64,000 nucleotides of DNA from an uncultured Acidimicrobiales bacterium (lineage in GTDB: Bacteria; Actinomycetota; Acidimicrobiia; Acidimicrobiales; SHLQ01): NCBI GenBank assembly GCA_938038815.1, contig CALHTF010000008.1, positions 24,296 through 88,295 on the forward strand. Reading direction: 5' to 3'. Below, piece after piece: positions 17,280 through 26,845 of this stretch. Both the position numbers and the translations under genes were made by a program. Within the stretch, counting starts at the first letter, position 1, and every line of letters begins with the position of its first letter. A model generated the notes under the pieces. It made no database searches. It was not told where the DNA came from and saw only the letters and a list, made by a program, of their open reading frames with translations.

Positions 17280-19730
17280 TCACGCCGCGTGCGGTCGTTG
17301 CACAGCGGAGTCGAGCGTGTTTGCCCCGCGGGTTGCCCAATCGTTGATGCATTCGGTCAGGGTGAGCGCCGGAGCGAAGTACCACCCTTGCAACGTTTCG
17401 AATCCAAGCTGACTCGTGAGCTGAGCCTGTTCGAGGGTCTCGACCCCTTCGGCAACGACCCGGAGGCCAAGGTCGTGCGCCAGGGTGACGATGGCGGCCA
17501 CGATGGCCCGCTCGCTGGCACTTTGGGTGAGCTTGGCGACAAAGCTTCGGTCGACCTTTACCGATGAGATCGGAAGATCGCGCAGGTGCGCAAGCGATGA
17601 GTAGCCGGTACCGAAATCATCGAGGCTGAGTGGGAAACCAGCGTCGGCGAGCGCGGTCAGCGATTGGAGACCCATCGGGCCGGCGTCGAAGGCCGCGCTT
17701 TCGGTGATCTCAATGCAGATCTGGCTGGGCCTCAGCTTGGCGGCCTGGACCGTCTCGGTCACGACCGAGACAAAGTCTGGTTGAGCAATACTGACCGGCG
17801 AGAAGTTGCACGCGACGTATGGCGGATCGAACGGCGCGAGCTTCTCGAGCAACGCTGCCCCGTGGCACGCCTTGCTGAACGCGATCTGGTCGAGTTCCCA
17901 CATGCGGTAGGTCTCGGAAATGGTTTCCAAAAAGCTGCTCGGTCCGAGGAACCCACCGGTATCGGTCTCGATGCGAACCAGTGCTTCGTAGCCCTTGGTT
18001 CGGTTGGTTACCGAATCGACAAGCGGTTGGAAATGCACGAGGAGTCGATCCTCGTCGATCGCTTCGGAGAGCAGTCGACGTTGCTGCGACTCGGTCGACG
18101 ACGCTTCGGCGAGGGCGCTGTCGAATACCTCGACGCGGTTGCGGCCCTTGTTTTTGGCGGCGTACAACGCAAGGTCCGCCTGTTGCAGAATGCGCTCTTC
18201 GTCGAGATTTTCGGATTGAAAGATCGACACGCCGATCGATGCGGAGATATCGAACCGTTCTTCGCCGACCCGGTACGGATCTTCGAGGGAGTCGCGTAGG
18301 CGTTCGGCGATCGACTTGACGGTCTCGACCGAGTCGATGTCGACCAACAAGGCAACGAACTCGTCGCCTCCTTGGCGCACGAGGAGATCTTGATCTCGCA
18401 GCTGGAACGCCAGGCGGCTGGCCGCGAGGCGTATGAGCTCGTCGCCGGCGCGGTGGCCGTACTGATCGTTGACCAGCTTGAACCCGTCGAGGTCGATGAA
18501 GCACGCCGCGACCGTGATGTCGAACGCTGAGGCCCGAAGTTCCTTTAGCCGTTGTTCGAGTTGGCGCCGGTTGGCCAGCCCAGTCAACTGGTCGTGCAGC
18601 GCCTGGGATCGAAGTTCGTCCACCGCCAGTCGTTCTTTGGTCACATCGTGGAACACGAACACCGACCCGAGCGCGACGTCGTCAGGGTCTCGAACCGGTT
18701 CGATTGAGACGGTGACGTACCGAGGTGCACCCTCGGCGACAACGACGAAGATGTCGCTCGGGCGCGGATCGTCGATGCTGGGCAACGCGTGGAAGTTGCC
18801 GTCGAGGTCGAGCAGGTGGAGGTCGCCCAGTACCACCTGGCTGGGGACCAACGTCTCGAGGCTAAAGAGGTTGTGGGCGACGTCGTTCACCATTGTGACG
18901 GCGCCGAAGGAGTCGGTAGCAATGATGCCGTCGCTCAGCCCGCGGACGATAGCCTCGGACATGCGCTTTTCGCGCTCGGCCATCATCGTGACTTCGGTGT
19001 CGCGTTCGGCGTTACGAACCGAGAGTACGAACCCGCCGATCGTTGGGTCGTCGGTGTGGTCGAGGCCAGTGACATCGGTCTGCACGAAGTCGCCGGACGC
19101 GTTGCGTAGGCGAACCTTTAACCGGTAGACCTCGAGTCCTTCGGCCATCCGCACCAACGTGTGGAGTGCGCTTTCGATATCGTCGGGATGTAGCAGATCG
19201 AGGCTGGACGTGCCGATAAGTTCGGCCGGGGTAACGCCGAGCAACGACCCGACCGCTCGGTTGCACCAGGTAATTGTGAAATCGGCGTCGAGGATCACCA
19301 CGCTGTCGCGCAGGCCTTCAAGGATCGCCTCGGCGTGCTCGGTGTTGGCGGCGGTTTGGTCGCGGACCACGCCGCCGATGATTCGGGCGAGGGCTTGCAG
19401 CGGCACACCGTGGGCCGACTCATGGGCGCCAACCACGGTTATCGCACCGATCGTTTCGCCAGTCGGTGCGACAATGGCGACCGAAATCTGATCCTCGGCG
19501 GTTTCGAGGCGAGCGGTTCCGGCGACCAACGTCATCTCGCTGGTCGTGAGCGGCCGTGGTTGGCTCACCCGATCGACCAGGTCGCTGGCCACCACAAACG
19601 CTCGGTCGCTTTCGAAGATCGCAATGTCGGCTTGCCCATCGAACAAGGCAGTCGCCGCACGCACACAATCCACTGCGACAGGGTGCCGCAGAAGCGCGGA
19701 CCGGGCCGCGAGTGATGGATTGGTCTTCAT
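17280..19730 (-). CDS. GAF-PAS-PAS-GGDEF-EAL signalling protein (c-di-GMP turnover)
   Basis: The GGDEF motif RQGGDEFV is intact. EAL-domain motifs are present (YEALVR, EITES, DDFGTGYSS). Upstream are PAS-like and GAF-like regions. I chose ATG 19730 (MKTNPS) because the extra 67 codons of the listed ORF look non-coding. Confidence 0.9.
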   Translation of the reverse strand: MKTNPSLAARSALLRHPVAVDCVRAATALFDGQADIAIFESDRAFVVASDLVDRVSQPRPLTTSEMTLVAGTARLETAEDQISVAIVAPTGETIGAITVVGAHESAHGVPLQALARIIGGVVRDQTAANTEHAEAILEGLRDSVVILDADFTITWCNRAVGSLLGVTPAELIGTSSLDLLHPDDIESALHTLVRMAEGLEVYRLKVRLRNASGDFVQTDVTGLDHTDDPTIGGFVLSVRNAERDTEVTMMAEREKRMSEAIVRGLSDGIIATDSFGAVTMVNDVAHNLFSLETLVPSQVVLGDLHLLDLDGNFHALPSIDDPRPSDIFVVVAEGAPRYVTVSIEPVRDPDDVALGSVFVFHDVTKERLAVDELRSQALHDQLTGLANRRQLEQRLKELRASAFDITVAACFIDLDGFKLVNDQYGHRAGDELIRLAASRLAFQLRDQDLLVRQGGDEFVALLVDIDSVETVKSIAERLRDSLEDPYRVGEERFDISASIGVSIFQSENLDEERILQQADLALYAAKNKGRNRVEVFDSALAEASSTESQQRRLLSEAIDEDRLLVHFQPLVDSVTNRTKGYEALVRIETDTGGFLGPSSFLETISETYRMWELDQIAFSKACHGAALLEKLAPFDPPYVACNFSPVSIAQPDFVSVVTETVQAAKLRPSQICIEITESAAFDAGPMGLQSLTALADAGFPLSLDDFGTGYSSLAHLRDLPISSVKVDRSFVAKLTQSASERAIVAAIVTLAHDLGLRVVAEGVETLEQAQLTSQLGFETLQGWYFAPALTLTECINDWATRGANTLDSAVQRPHAA

Positions 19731-19906
19731 ATCCGTTAGTAACGGCGCTACCGATGCCCTCCCTGAGAACAATTTTTGTGGTTCTACCTGCGATTCTCCA
19801 AGAATTTTCGGAATTGTCTGGACATTTTGGGGTTCGATGCCCCAAACGCTTTTGACCGCCGCACCGTGGGGCGGTTGCATGGAGGTAACAACCAGGGGGT
19901 AAGGCG

Positions 19907-22375
19907 ATGGATGCCAGGGGTAGAACCACACACGGGAACCGCCAAGGGAGACGACCCCGAGGTGGGCTGTTCTTTGCGGTGCTGATCGCCTTGGTCACGT
20001 CGCAACTCGCAGCGGTGGGCTTGGGTGCACCGGCGCAGGCGCTGCCGGCTCAACCCAACGATCCAATCGAGTGCCCCGACGGCCTCGACCCGATCGACGT
20101 CGACGGCGACGGGGTTGCCGATCGCTGCGTCGGTAAAACCCAATCAAAGAAGTGCAACGGCATCTCCAACACGAAGGCCTTTAAGAGGCCTGCCAAGCCA
20201 GGAGCACCCAAAGTGTCCTACGGCCGCGCCCAGCGGTGTCTGCGCCTCAACCAGATTCAAACCCTTGGCTCGCACAACAGCTACAAGCAGCACGTCACCC
20301 CCGGAATCTTTGACCTCCTCAAGGACTTTGACGAAGAGATTGCCCAAGGGTGGGAATACGGTCACTCGCCGTTGGCCGAACAGTTCAACTACGAGGGAAT
20401 CCGCCAGATCGAGCTCGACATCTTCGCCGACCCTGAGGGTGGCCGGTACGCCCAGCGGGTAGCGCTCGACGCGTTTGGCTTGCCGAACGATCCGCCGGCC
20501 GCCCTTTTTGAACCAGGCTTCAAGGTCCTCCACGTGCAAGACCTCGACTTTGAGACCAGTTGTCTCACGTTGATCGAGTGCCTCACCCAGGTTCGCAAAT
20601 GGTCCAAGGCCCACAAGCGCCACATGCCACTCGCCATTTTGATCGAAGGAAAAACCTCCCCCATCGCCGACCCGCTCGACCTGGGGTTCACGGTGCCTTT
20701 GCCGATCGGACCCGCCGAACTCGATGCGATCGACGCCGAGATCCGCTCGGTGTTTTCCGACGACGAAATGATCACCCCCGATGACGTGCGCCAAAACGGC
20801 ATGACCCTCGAAGAGTCGATCCTGGCCGACGGTTGGCCCACCTTGAAAGCCAGCCGCGGCAAGGTCATGTTCTTGATGGACAACGGCGGACAAATGCGGG
20901 AGGACTACATCGCCGCAACGCCGTCTCTGGAGGGCCGGGTCATGTTTACCAATGCAACGCCTGGTCAACCCGACGCCGCGTTTGTGAAGATGAACGACCC
21001 CCAAGGCAACGTCGAGGTCATCAAGGAATTCGTCCGCCAGGGCTATGTGGTGCGCACCCGATCCGACACCCCAACTGTCGAGGCTCGCTCGGGCGACACC
21101 ACCCGACTTGAGGCGGCCGTGGAGAGCGGCGCTCAGTGGATCAGCACCGACTATTCGGTACCCGGACGTGCCGAGTGGTCGGACTACGTGGCGCAACTTC
21201 CTGGCGGGCTGAGCCTGCGCTGCAACCCGGTCAACACGGGAAGGCACTGCGATGATCGGCGACTGGAGCGGGTAAAGGTCAAGCCGCGTGTCGAGCCACC
21301 GCCTCCCAACCAACAATTGCCCGACGGGTACGAGGGCCACGAGAGCGAGATCTACGACCAAGCCAAGCATTGGATTTGTTTGCCTGGATCGGCCGACGAC
21401 GTGTGTGCTCGTAACCTCGACACGAGTTGGATCGGCGCCGACGGCACGGTGACGGTGGTCGCCCACGAAGTTGCCGACGATCCGGTCGCCGACTGCTTCT
21501 ATCTGTACCCAACGGTGAGCGGTGACCCGGGGGCGAGCTCGGACCTCGACCCGGCCGAAGATGAAGAGATCTGGACAACCCTGAATCAGGCGGCCCGGTT
21601 AAGCGGCGAGTGTCGGGTGTTTGCCCCGGTCTATCGCCAACGCACGCTTGCCGCCCTTGGTGGGCTGGTCGAAACACCGCCCGAGACCCGCCAGCTTGCC
21701 TATGACGATGTGCTCGACGCGTTCAAGCAGTACGTGGTGAACCACAGCGACGGACGCCCGTTCGTACTCATTGGTCACTCTCAGGGAGCCGGCCTTCTCC
21801 AGCGACTCATCGCCGAAGAGATCGATGGCGAACCGCTGCTCGCCGACCGACTGTTGTCGGCGATGTTGCTCGGTTCGAGTGTTGCGCCGGACGCGTTCGA
21901 CAACATTTCGGCCTGCTCGTCCACCACCGACACGGGGTGTGTGATCTCCTACGCCACGTTCCGCGACACGTCTCCGCCGCCCAGCGGGTCGTTCTTCGGT
22001 CGGGCCGGCGATGGCCCGGCGTTGTGTGTCAACCCGGTCGATCCGGCGGCGGCAACATCGTTGACCACCCCATTCTTTGCCACCGGCGCTGGCCTGATCG
22101 GCGGTGGGGTGAGCCCGTTTGCCGACCCCAGCCGCGATGGCGAGATCACCACGCAGTTTTACGCCATGCCCGATTTCCTTGAAGTTCGATGCGTCGACGA
22201 CGGGACCTTTGGGTACCTCGAAATGAAGGTCCTCGCCGATCCTGACGATGCCCGAGCCGACGACATCGGTGGCGACCTGAACGAGGTGTGGGGCATGCAC
22301 CTGGTCGACGTAAACATCGCCATGGGTGCCCTAACGGCGCTGGTCGCTGCCCAGGGGGCCGCCCACGGCGGGTAG
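19907..22375 (+). CDS. Secreted two-domain enzyme: PI-PLC-like phosphodiesterase (X-box type) fused to a DUF3089-like alpha/beta hydrolase
   Basis: It has an N-terminal hydrophobic signal segment. LGSHNSY lies at nt 20267-20284 and WISTDY near aa 411-416 (PLC-like TIM barrel). The C-terminal half has the nucleophile elbow GHSQG at nt 21773-21787. Confidence 0.8.
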   Translation: MDARGRTTHGNRQGRRPRGGLFFAVLIALVTSQLAAVGLGAPAQALPAQPNDPIECPDGLDPIDVDGDGVADRCVGKTQSKKCNGISNTKAFKRPAKPGAPKVSYGRAQRCLRLNQIQTLGSHNSYKQHVTPGIFDLLKDFDEEIAQGWEYGHSPLAEQFNYEGIRQIELDIFADPEGGRYAQRVALDAFGLPNDPPAALFEPGFKVLHVQDLDFETSCLTLIECLTQVRKWSKAHKRHMPLAILIEGKTSPIADPLDLGFTVPLPIGPAELDAIDAEIRSVFSDDEMITPDDVRQNGMTLEESILADGWPTLKASRGKVMFLMDNGGQMREDYIAATPSLEGRVMFTNATPGQPDAAFVKMNDPQGNVEVIKEFVRQGYVVRTRSDTPTVEARSGDTTRLEAAVESGAQWISTDYSVPGRAEWSDYVAQLPGGLSLRCNPVNTGRHCDDRRLERVKVKPRVEPPPPNQQLPDGYEGHESEIYDQAKHWICLPGSADDVCARNLDTSWIGADGTVTVVAHEVADDPVADCFYLYPTVSGDPGASSDLDPAEDEEIWTTLNQAARLSGECRVFAPVYRQRTLAALGGLVETPPETRQLAYDDVLDAFKQYVVNHSDGRPFVLIGHSQGAGLLQRLIAEEIDGEPLLADRLLSAMLLGSSVAPDAFDNISACSSTTDTGCVISYATFRDTSPPPSGSFFGRAGDGPALCVNPVDPAAATSLTTPFFATGAGLIGGGVSPFADPSRDGEITTQFYAMPDFLEVRCVDDGTFGYLEMKVLADPDDARADDIGGDLNEVWGMHLVDVNIAMGALTALVAAQGAAHGG

Positions 22376-22377
22376 TT

Positions 22378-22421
22378 GTTTACCTGCTGTTCACCTTTCG
22401 CCCGATCAATGTTCATGCGCC
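22378..22421 (+). promoter_or_regulatory. PHO-box-like array: 11-nt direct-repeat units in phase upstream of pstS
   Basis: The units are GTTTACCTGCT (22378), GTTCACCTTTC (22389), a degenerate unit (22400) and GTTCATGCGCC (22411). All sit in exact 11-nt register. Each good unit matches 8-9 of 11 positions of the Streptomyces PhoP repeat consensus G(G/T)TCAYYYR(G/C)G. Confidence 0.55.
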
Positions 22422-22534
22422 ACGTCCCGTGGGTTTGACGGGTGGTTGTTACCGTTTGAACTATCGAATCTCCACCGAATTCCCCACCCCCGGCCGCCGA
22501 ATTCCCCCCGAGTTCGGCCACCCGGTTCCAATGC

Positions 22535-23581
22535 ATGCTGAAGCTGCTGGGTCTGCTGGCGGTTTTTGCGATCGTCGGCGCAGCGGTCAACTTGATCGGC
22601 AACGACGACTCCACGGCCACCGCAGCGCCAACGACCTCGTCGGGCGAGTTCCGGGTTTCGGGATCGTCGACAGTTTTCCCGATCGTCCAACGTCAGGCTG
22701 AAGAGTTCAAGCTGATCGACCCCACCACCGCCATAGCGGTCGCTGGCCCCGGTTCGGGCGACGGCGCCCAGCAGTTCTGTGCGGGCGAAATCCCGATCGC
22801 CAATGCGTCTCGGACCTTCAAGGACGAAGAAATCGAGATCTGCGAAGCCAACGGGATCGAGTTCATCGAACTGCGCCGAGGCATCGACGGCATCAGCGTC
22901 ATCACGTCGATCGAAAACGATCTGGTCGAGTGCGTATCGTTCAACGACCTGTACGCGTTGATCTCCGAGGAAGCCATCAACACCGACAGTTGGGCCCAAG
23001 CCAACGCACTCACCGCCGAGTGGGACGGCACCGAATTCGACGACGTACGGCTCGACGTCTTTGGCCCTGGTGAAGAGTCGGGAACCTTCGACTCGTTCGC
23101 CGAAATTGTTATCGAGGGTGTGGCAAAGGGAAAGACCGGGCTCGACATCGAGGCCCGCGAGTTCACCAAAGAGATTCGCCCCGACTACACCTCGAGCCCC
23201 GATGACAACGTGGTGGTCGAAGGGATCGAAGGCAGCAAGTACTCCCTTGGCTGGGTCGGCTTCGCCTTTGCTCAAGAATCCGCTGCGGCGGGCCGGGCCA
23301 AGTTGCTCCAGGTTTCGAAGGAGGACGGGGGCGACTGTGTATCGCCAACCCCCGAGACCATTGCCTCGGCCGACTTCCCGATCGCTCGTTTCCTCTACAC
23401 CTACGTCAGCGTCGACGCCGCGGCGAACCAGCCAGGTGTTGCCGAGTTCGTCGATTACATGTTGAGCGACACCGGCCTCGAGTCGGTGAGTGCCGTCGGC
23501 TACATCGACCTCCCCGCCGACGAGCTGGAAAAGGTCGCAACCACGTGGGCCAACCGCACCCCGGGCCGGCAGTACGAATGA
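22535..23581 (+). CDS. pstS: Phosphate ABC transporter substrate-binding protein PstS
   Basis: It has a PstS-family PBP sequence (FRVSGSSTVFPIVQ...) and is followed by pstC, pstA and pstB. The N-terminal hydrophobic segment has no lipobox Cys. Confidence 0.85.
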   Translation: MLKLLGLLAVFAIVGAAVNLIGNDDSTATAAPTTSSGEFRVSGSSTVFPIVQRQAEEFKLIDPTTAIAVAGPGSGDGAQQFCAGEIPIANASRTFKDEEIEICEANGIEFIELRRGIDGISVITSIENDLVECVSFNDLYALISEEAINTDSWAQANALTAEWDGTEFDDVRLDVFGPGEESGTFDSFAEIVIEGVAKGKTGLDIEAREFTKEIRPDYTSSPDDNVVVEGIEGSKYSLGWVGFAFAQESAAAGRAKLLQVSKEDGGDCVSPTPETIASADFPIARFLYTYVSVDAAANQPGVAEFVDYMLSDTGLESVSAVGYIDLPADELEKVATTWANRTPGRQYE

Positions 23582-25005
23582 CCAGTCCCGCATGGCGACC
23601 AAGCCCGCCAACGGTTTGGGCCCGAGGCGCAGCCGCGGCGGTCGAGGGATTGCTGTACCTGGCAATCACCATCGTCGTGGCGATCGTCGAGTACTACGTC
23701 GCTGGCCCCCTGACCGATTTCGGACCGTCGAATTGGTGGATCGGTCTGGCCATCTTCGCCGCCTGGCAGGGCTGGCACTGGGCGGGAGCTCAAACCCCCG
23801 TCGGGTCCTATGTCGACCACTACGTCGCCGATGAGACCGGCGCTCCGGCATGCTTTTGGTGCGTCGTGGTTCGCCAGCTCACCCGGTTCGGCTTTCTGTA
23901 CGCCATTCCGTTCATATTGTTTAAGAACAACGTCGCACTGTTCGTCGCCCTGGCGGCGGTGGCTGGACTGATGATCAAGTTCCTGCCGAACACTCGGGCG
24001 CCGTGGGACCTCTTCGCCGGCACCCAACCCACCCAAACCCTGTCGATCGAACGTTCGTCGGCGCTGGCCGAGGTTCGGGTTCCGAGCGACTTCCGGCTCG
24101 GTGCTCAACGCTTGGCCGAGAACCGGCGGGCGAAGAACATCGTGGCGCTGGCGGGGCTTTCGTCGGTGGTGGTTACCGCCCTAATCGTCCGGTCGATCTT
24201 CTCCGAGGCGTACCTTTTCCTCGCCGCCGACGAGTTCAACTTCAGCGTGCTTCGCGATATCGGCTGGTTCCCCCGCCGAGGCAAGTTCGACCTGCAAACC
24301 CTCTTTGTCGGAACGCTGTGGGTCACCGGTATCGCTATCGTCGTCGCCGCGCCGATCGGACTCGGGGTCGCCATCTACCTCTCGGAATACGCCTCGACGA
24401 AGGTACGAACCTACGTGAAGCCGATCATCGAAACGTTGGCGAGTATTCCGTCGGTGGTCCTCGGTTTCTTTGCCATCTCGTTCATCTCGACCTCGGTGCT
24501 CAAACCAACCCTTGGAGCACTTGGCGTAGACATCGGAATCTTTAGTCTGCTCAGCGCGGGCATCGGCGTAGGCATCTTGACCGTACCGATCATTGCGTCG
24601 ATCGCCGAAGATGCGATGCGGGCGGTGCCACGCGAGCTGCGAGAAGCGAGTTACGGACTGGGTGCTCGCAAAGCAACCACCGCCCTGCGAGTGGTGTTCC
24701 CGGCAGCGCTTTCGGGTATCTCAGCCGCGATCATCGTGGCGATCTCTCGAGCGATCGGCGAAACGATGGTGGTCTTCATCGCAGCCGGTGGTTCTGGTGG
24801 TGCGATCTATGAAATCGACCCGACCAAGCCCGGCCAGACCATCACCGCCGCCATGGCATCGTTGGGCGCCGGAACCGACAGTGTCGCCGGCTCGGGTATT
24901 GCGTTCCAGAGTCTGTACTTCCTCGGAGCGCTGCTGTTCTTGCTGACCCTTGGACTCAACGTGATGTCCGACGCCATCGTTCGCCGATTCCGGCAGGTGT
25001 ACTAA
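23578..25005 (+). CDS. pstC: Phosphate ABC transporter permease PstC with an N-terminal extension of about 150 aa (RDD-like membrane domain)
   Basis: ATG 23578 overlaps the pstS TGA (ATGA). The C-terminal ~320 aa is a typical PstC (EDAMRAVPRELREASYGLGA). The N-terminal extension has 3-4 TM helices, an early Arg and a terminal PWDLFAGT, as in RDD-family proteins. Confidence 0.85.
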   Translation: MTSPAWRPSPPTVWARGAAAAVEGLLYLAITIVVAIVEYYVAGPLTDFGPSNWWIGLAIFAAWQGWHWAGAQTPVGSYVDHYVADETGAPACFWCVVVRQLTRFGFLYAIPFILFKNNVALFVALAAVAGLMIKFLPNTRAPWDLFAGTQPTQTLSIERSSALAEVRVPSDFRLGAQRLAENRRAKNIVALAGLSSVVVTALIVRSIFSEAYLFLAADEFNFSVLRDIGWFPRRGKFDLQTLFVGTLWVTGIAIVVAAPIGLGVAIYLSEYASTKVRTYVKPIIETLASIPSVVLGFFAISFISTSVLKPTLGALGVDIGIFSLLSAGIGVGILTVPIIASIAEDAMRAVPRELREASYGLGARKATTALRVVFPAALSGISAAIIVAISRAIGETMVVFIAAGGSGGAIYEIDPTKPGQTITAAMASLGAGTDSVAGSGIAFQSLYFLGALLFLLTLGLNVMSDAIVRRFRQVY

Positions 25006-25007
25006 CC

Positions 25008-25958
25008 ATGACAACCACCACTACTCCCCCGTCAGGAGAGTCCGCTCACTCCGGTCTCACGCTCGACAGCCTGCGCAAGCGGCGCTCCGACGACCTGTTT
25101 GGCCAGTCATTTCAAGGACTCTTGCTGTTGGCGGTAGCGATCGCGGGCGCCATGGTGCTGGCGGTACTCATCAGTGTGCTCATCGATTCGGCCGACATCC
25201 TCGGATCGCGTTTCTGGAGCTTTTTGACCAACGCGTCGTCGAGTGACCCGGCGGTCGCCGGTGTGGCGCAAGGCATCCGGGGCACGGTGATCATCGCCGC
25301 GATGGTGACCTTCCTGGCGTTCCCCATCGGAATCGGCGCCGCCGTTTACCTTGAGGAATACGCCAGCGACAACCCCTTCACCCGACTCATCGAGGTCACG
25401 GTTCGAAACCTCGCCGGTGTTCCATCGATCGTGTACGGCCTGCTCGGTTTGGCGATCTTTGTGCAGTCACTGCGGGGCATTACCGGCGGCTCGTCGGTCA
25501 TCTCGGCCGGCATCACCCTGTCGATTCTCGTGCTGCCGATCGTGATCATCACGGCGAGCGAAGCAATCCGAGCCGTGCCGAGCGCCCTTCGCGAAGGTGC
25601 CTACGGACTTGGCGCAACCCAGTGGGAAGTCATCCGAACTCAGGTCCTGCCCGCGGCGCTCCCCGGAATCTTGACCGGCGCGGTTCTCTCAATCGCTCGG
25701 GCCCTCGGCGAGGCGGCGCCTCTGTTGGTTATCGGCGCCGCACCGTTCTATTCGACAGGCGTGAAGTCTCAGCTCGAACAGCTCCAAGGCGCCTTTACTG
25801 CCCTGCCCATGAACGTCGCGACCTTCGCCAAACTGCCCGCCGACACGTGGGCGGGCCATGCGGCAGCGGCCAGTGTCGTCGTGCTCATCTTGGTCTTTGT
25901 CATCAACCTCGTGGCGATCATCGCCCGAGCCCGCATTTCCAAGAAGCTCGGCCGCTAG
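25008..25958 (+). CDS. pstA: Phosphate ABC transporter permease PstA
   Basis: It starts 3 nt after the pstC stop. It has the PstA-type EAA loop [21 protein letters not shown] and six TM segments. Confidence 0.9.
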   Translation: MTTTTTPPSGESAHSGLTLDSLRKRRSDDLFGQSFQGLLLLAVAIAGAMVLAVLISVLIDSADILGSRFWSFLTNASSSDPAVAGVAQGIRGTVIIAAMVTFLAFPIGIGAAVYLEEYASDNPFTRLIEVTVRNLAGVPSIVYGLLGLAIFVQSLRGITGGSSVISAGITLSILVLPIVIITASEAIRAVPSALREGAYGLGATQWEVIRTQVLPAALPGILTGAVLSIARALGEAAPLLVIGAAPFYSTGVKSQLEQLQGAFTALPMNVATFAKLPADTWAGHAAAASVVVLILVFVINLVAIIARARISKKLGR

Positions 25959-26017
25959 TTCGGCCACCAACGCCAATCAACCAAACCTCCAATTACAACC
26001 GAGTAACGTCAAACCCA

Positions 26018-26845
26018 GTGACTTCAACCTTTGAACCGCCTTCGGCAGAGTCCGAAACACCCAACCCGCCCACGGTCTTCACCGTGCGCGACCTCAACGT
26101 GTACTACGGCGACTTCCGCGCCGTGGTCGATGTTGGACTCGAGGTCTACGAGCGCGAGATCACTGCATTCATCGGTCCGTCGGGTTGCGGCAAGTCGACC
26201 GTGCTCCGCTGCTTTAACCGGATGAACGACCTGATCGACATCGCTCGGGTCGAAGGCACGCTGTTGTTCCGCGACATCGACCTGTACCACCCCGATGTCG
26301 ATCCGGTCGCGGTTCGTCGCCGCATCGGCATGGTGTTCCAGAAGCCGAACCCGTTCCCGAAGTCGATCTATGAAAACGTCGCCTTTGGCCCCAAGATCGC
26401 CGGAATCGGCGGCGACCTCGACGAACTGGTCGAAACGTCGCTCCAGGGTGCGGGCCTGTGGGACGAAGTGAAGGACCGGCTCGATTCTTCGGCCCTCGGC
26501 TTGTCCGGCGGGCAGCAGCAGCGGCTGTGTATCGCCCGGGCCATCGCGGTACAGCCCGACGTGTTGTTGATGGACGAACCGTGCTCGGCCCTTGACCCGA
26601 TCGCAACAGGAACCATCGAAGAACTCATGCGCGAGATGAAGGATCGCTACACGATCGTCATCGTGACTCATAACATGCAACAGGCGGCCCGGGTCAGCGA
26701 CCGAACCGCCTTCTTCACCGCGGAGGCCGACGAGGCCACCGGTCAACGCCGCGGCAAGCTGGTCGAATACGACGACACCGGGTTGATCTTTTCGAACCCG
26801 AACGACGAACGCACCGAAGCCTACGTGACAGGACGGTTTGGCTAA
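26018..26845 (+). CDS. pstB: Phosphate ABC transporter ATP-binding protein PstB
   Basis: It has Walker [10 protein letters not shown], signature LSGGQQQR, Walker B LLMDEP and the PstB-typical N-terminus DLNVYYG. I chose GTG 26018, because the listed 407-aa ORF overlaps pstA. The exact start is uncertain. Confidence 0.9.
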   Translation: MTSTFEPPSAESETPNPPTVFTVRDLNVYYGDFRAVVDVGLEVYEREITAFIGPSGCGKSTVLRCFNRMNDLIDIARVEGTLLFRDIDLYHPDVDPVAVRRRIGMVFQKPNPFPKSIYENVAFGPKIAGIGGDLDELVETSLQGAGLWDEVKDRLDSSALGLSGGQQQRLCIARAIAVQPDVLLMDEPCSALDPIATGTIEELMREMKDRYTIVIVTHNMQQAARVSDRTAFFTAEADEATGQRRGKLVEYDDTGLIFSNPNDERTEAYVTGRFG

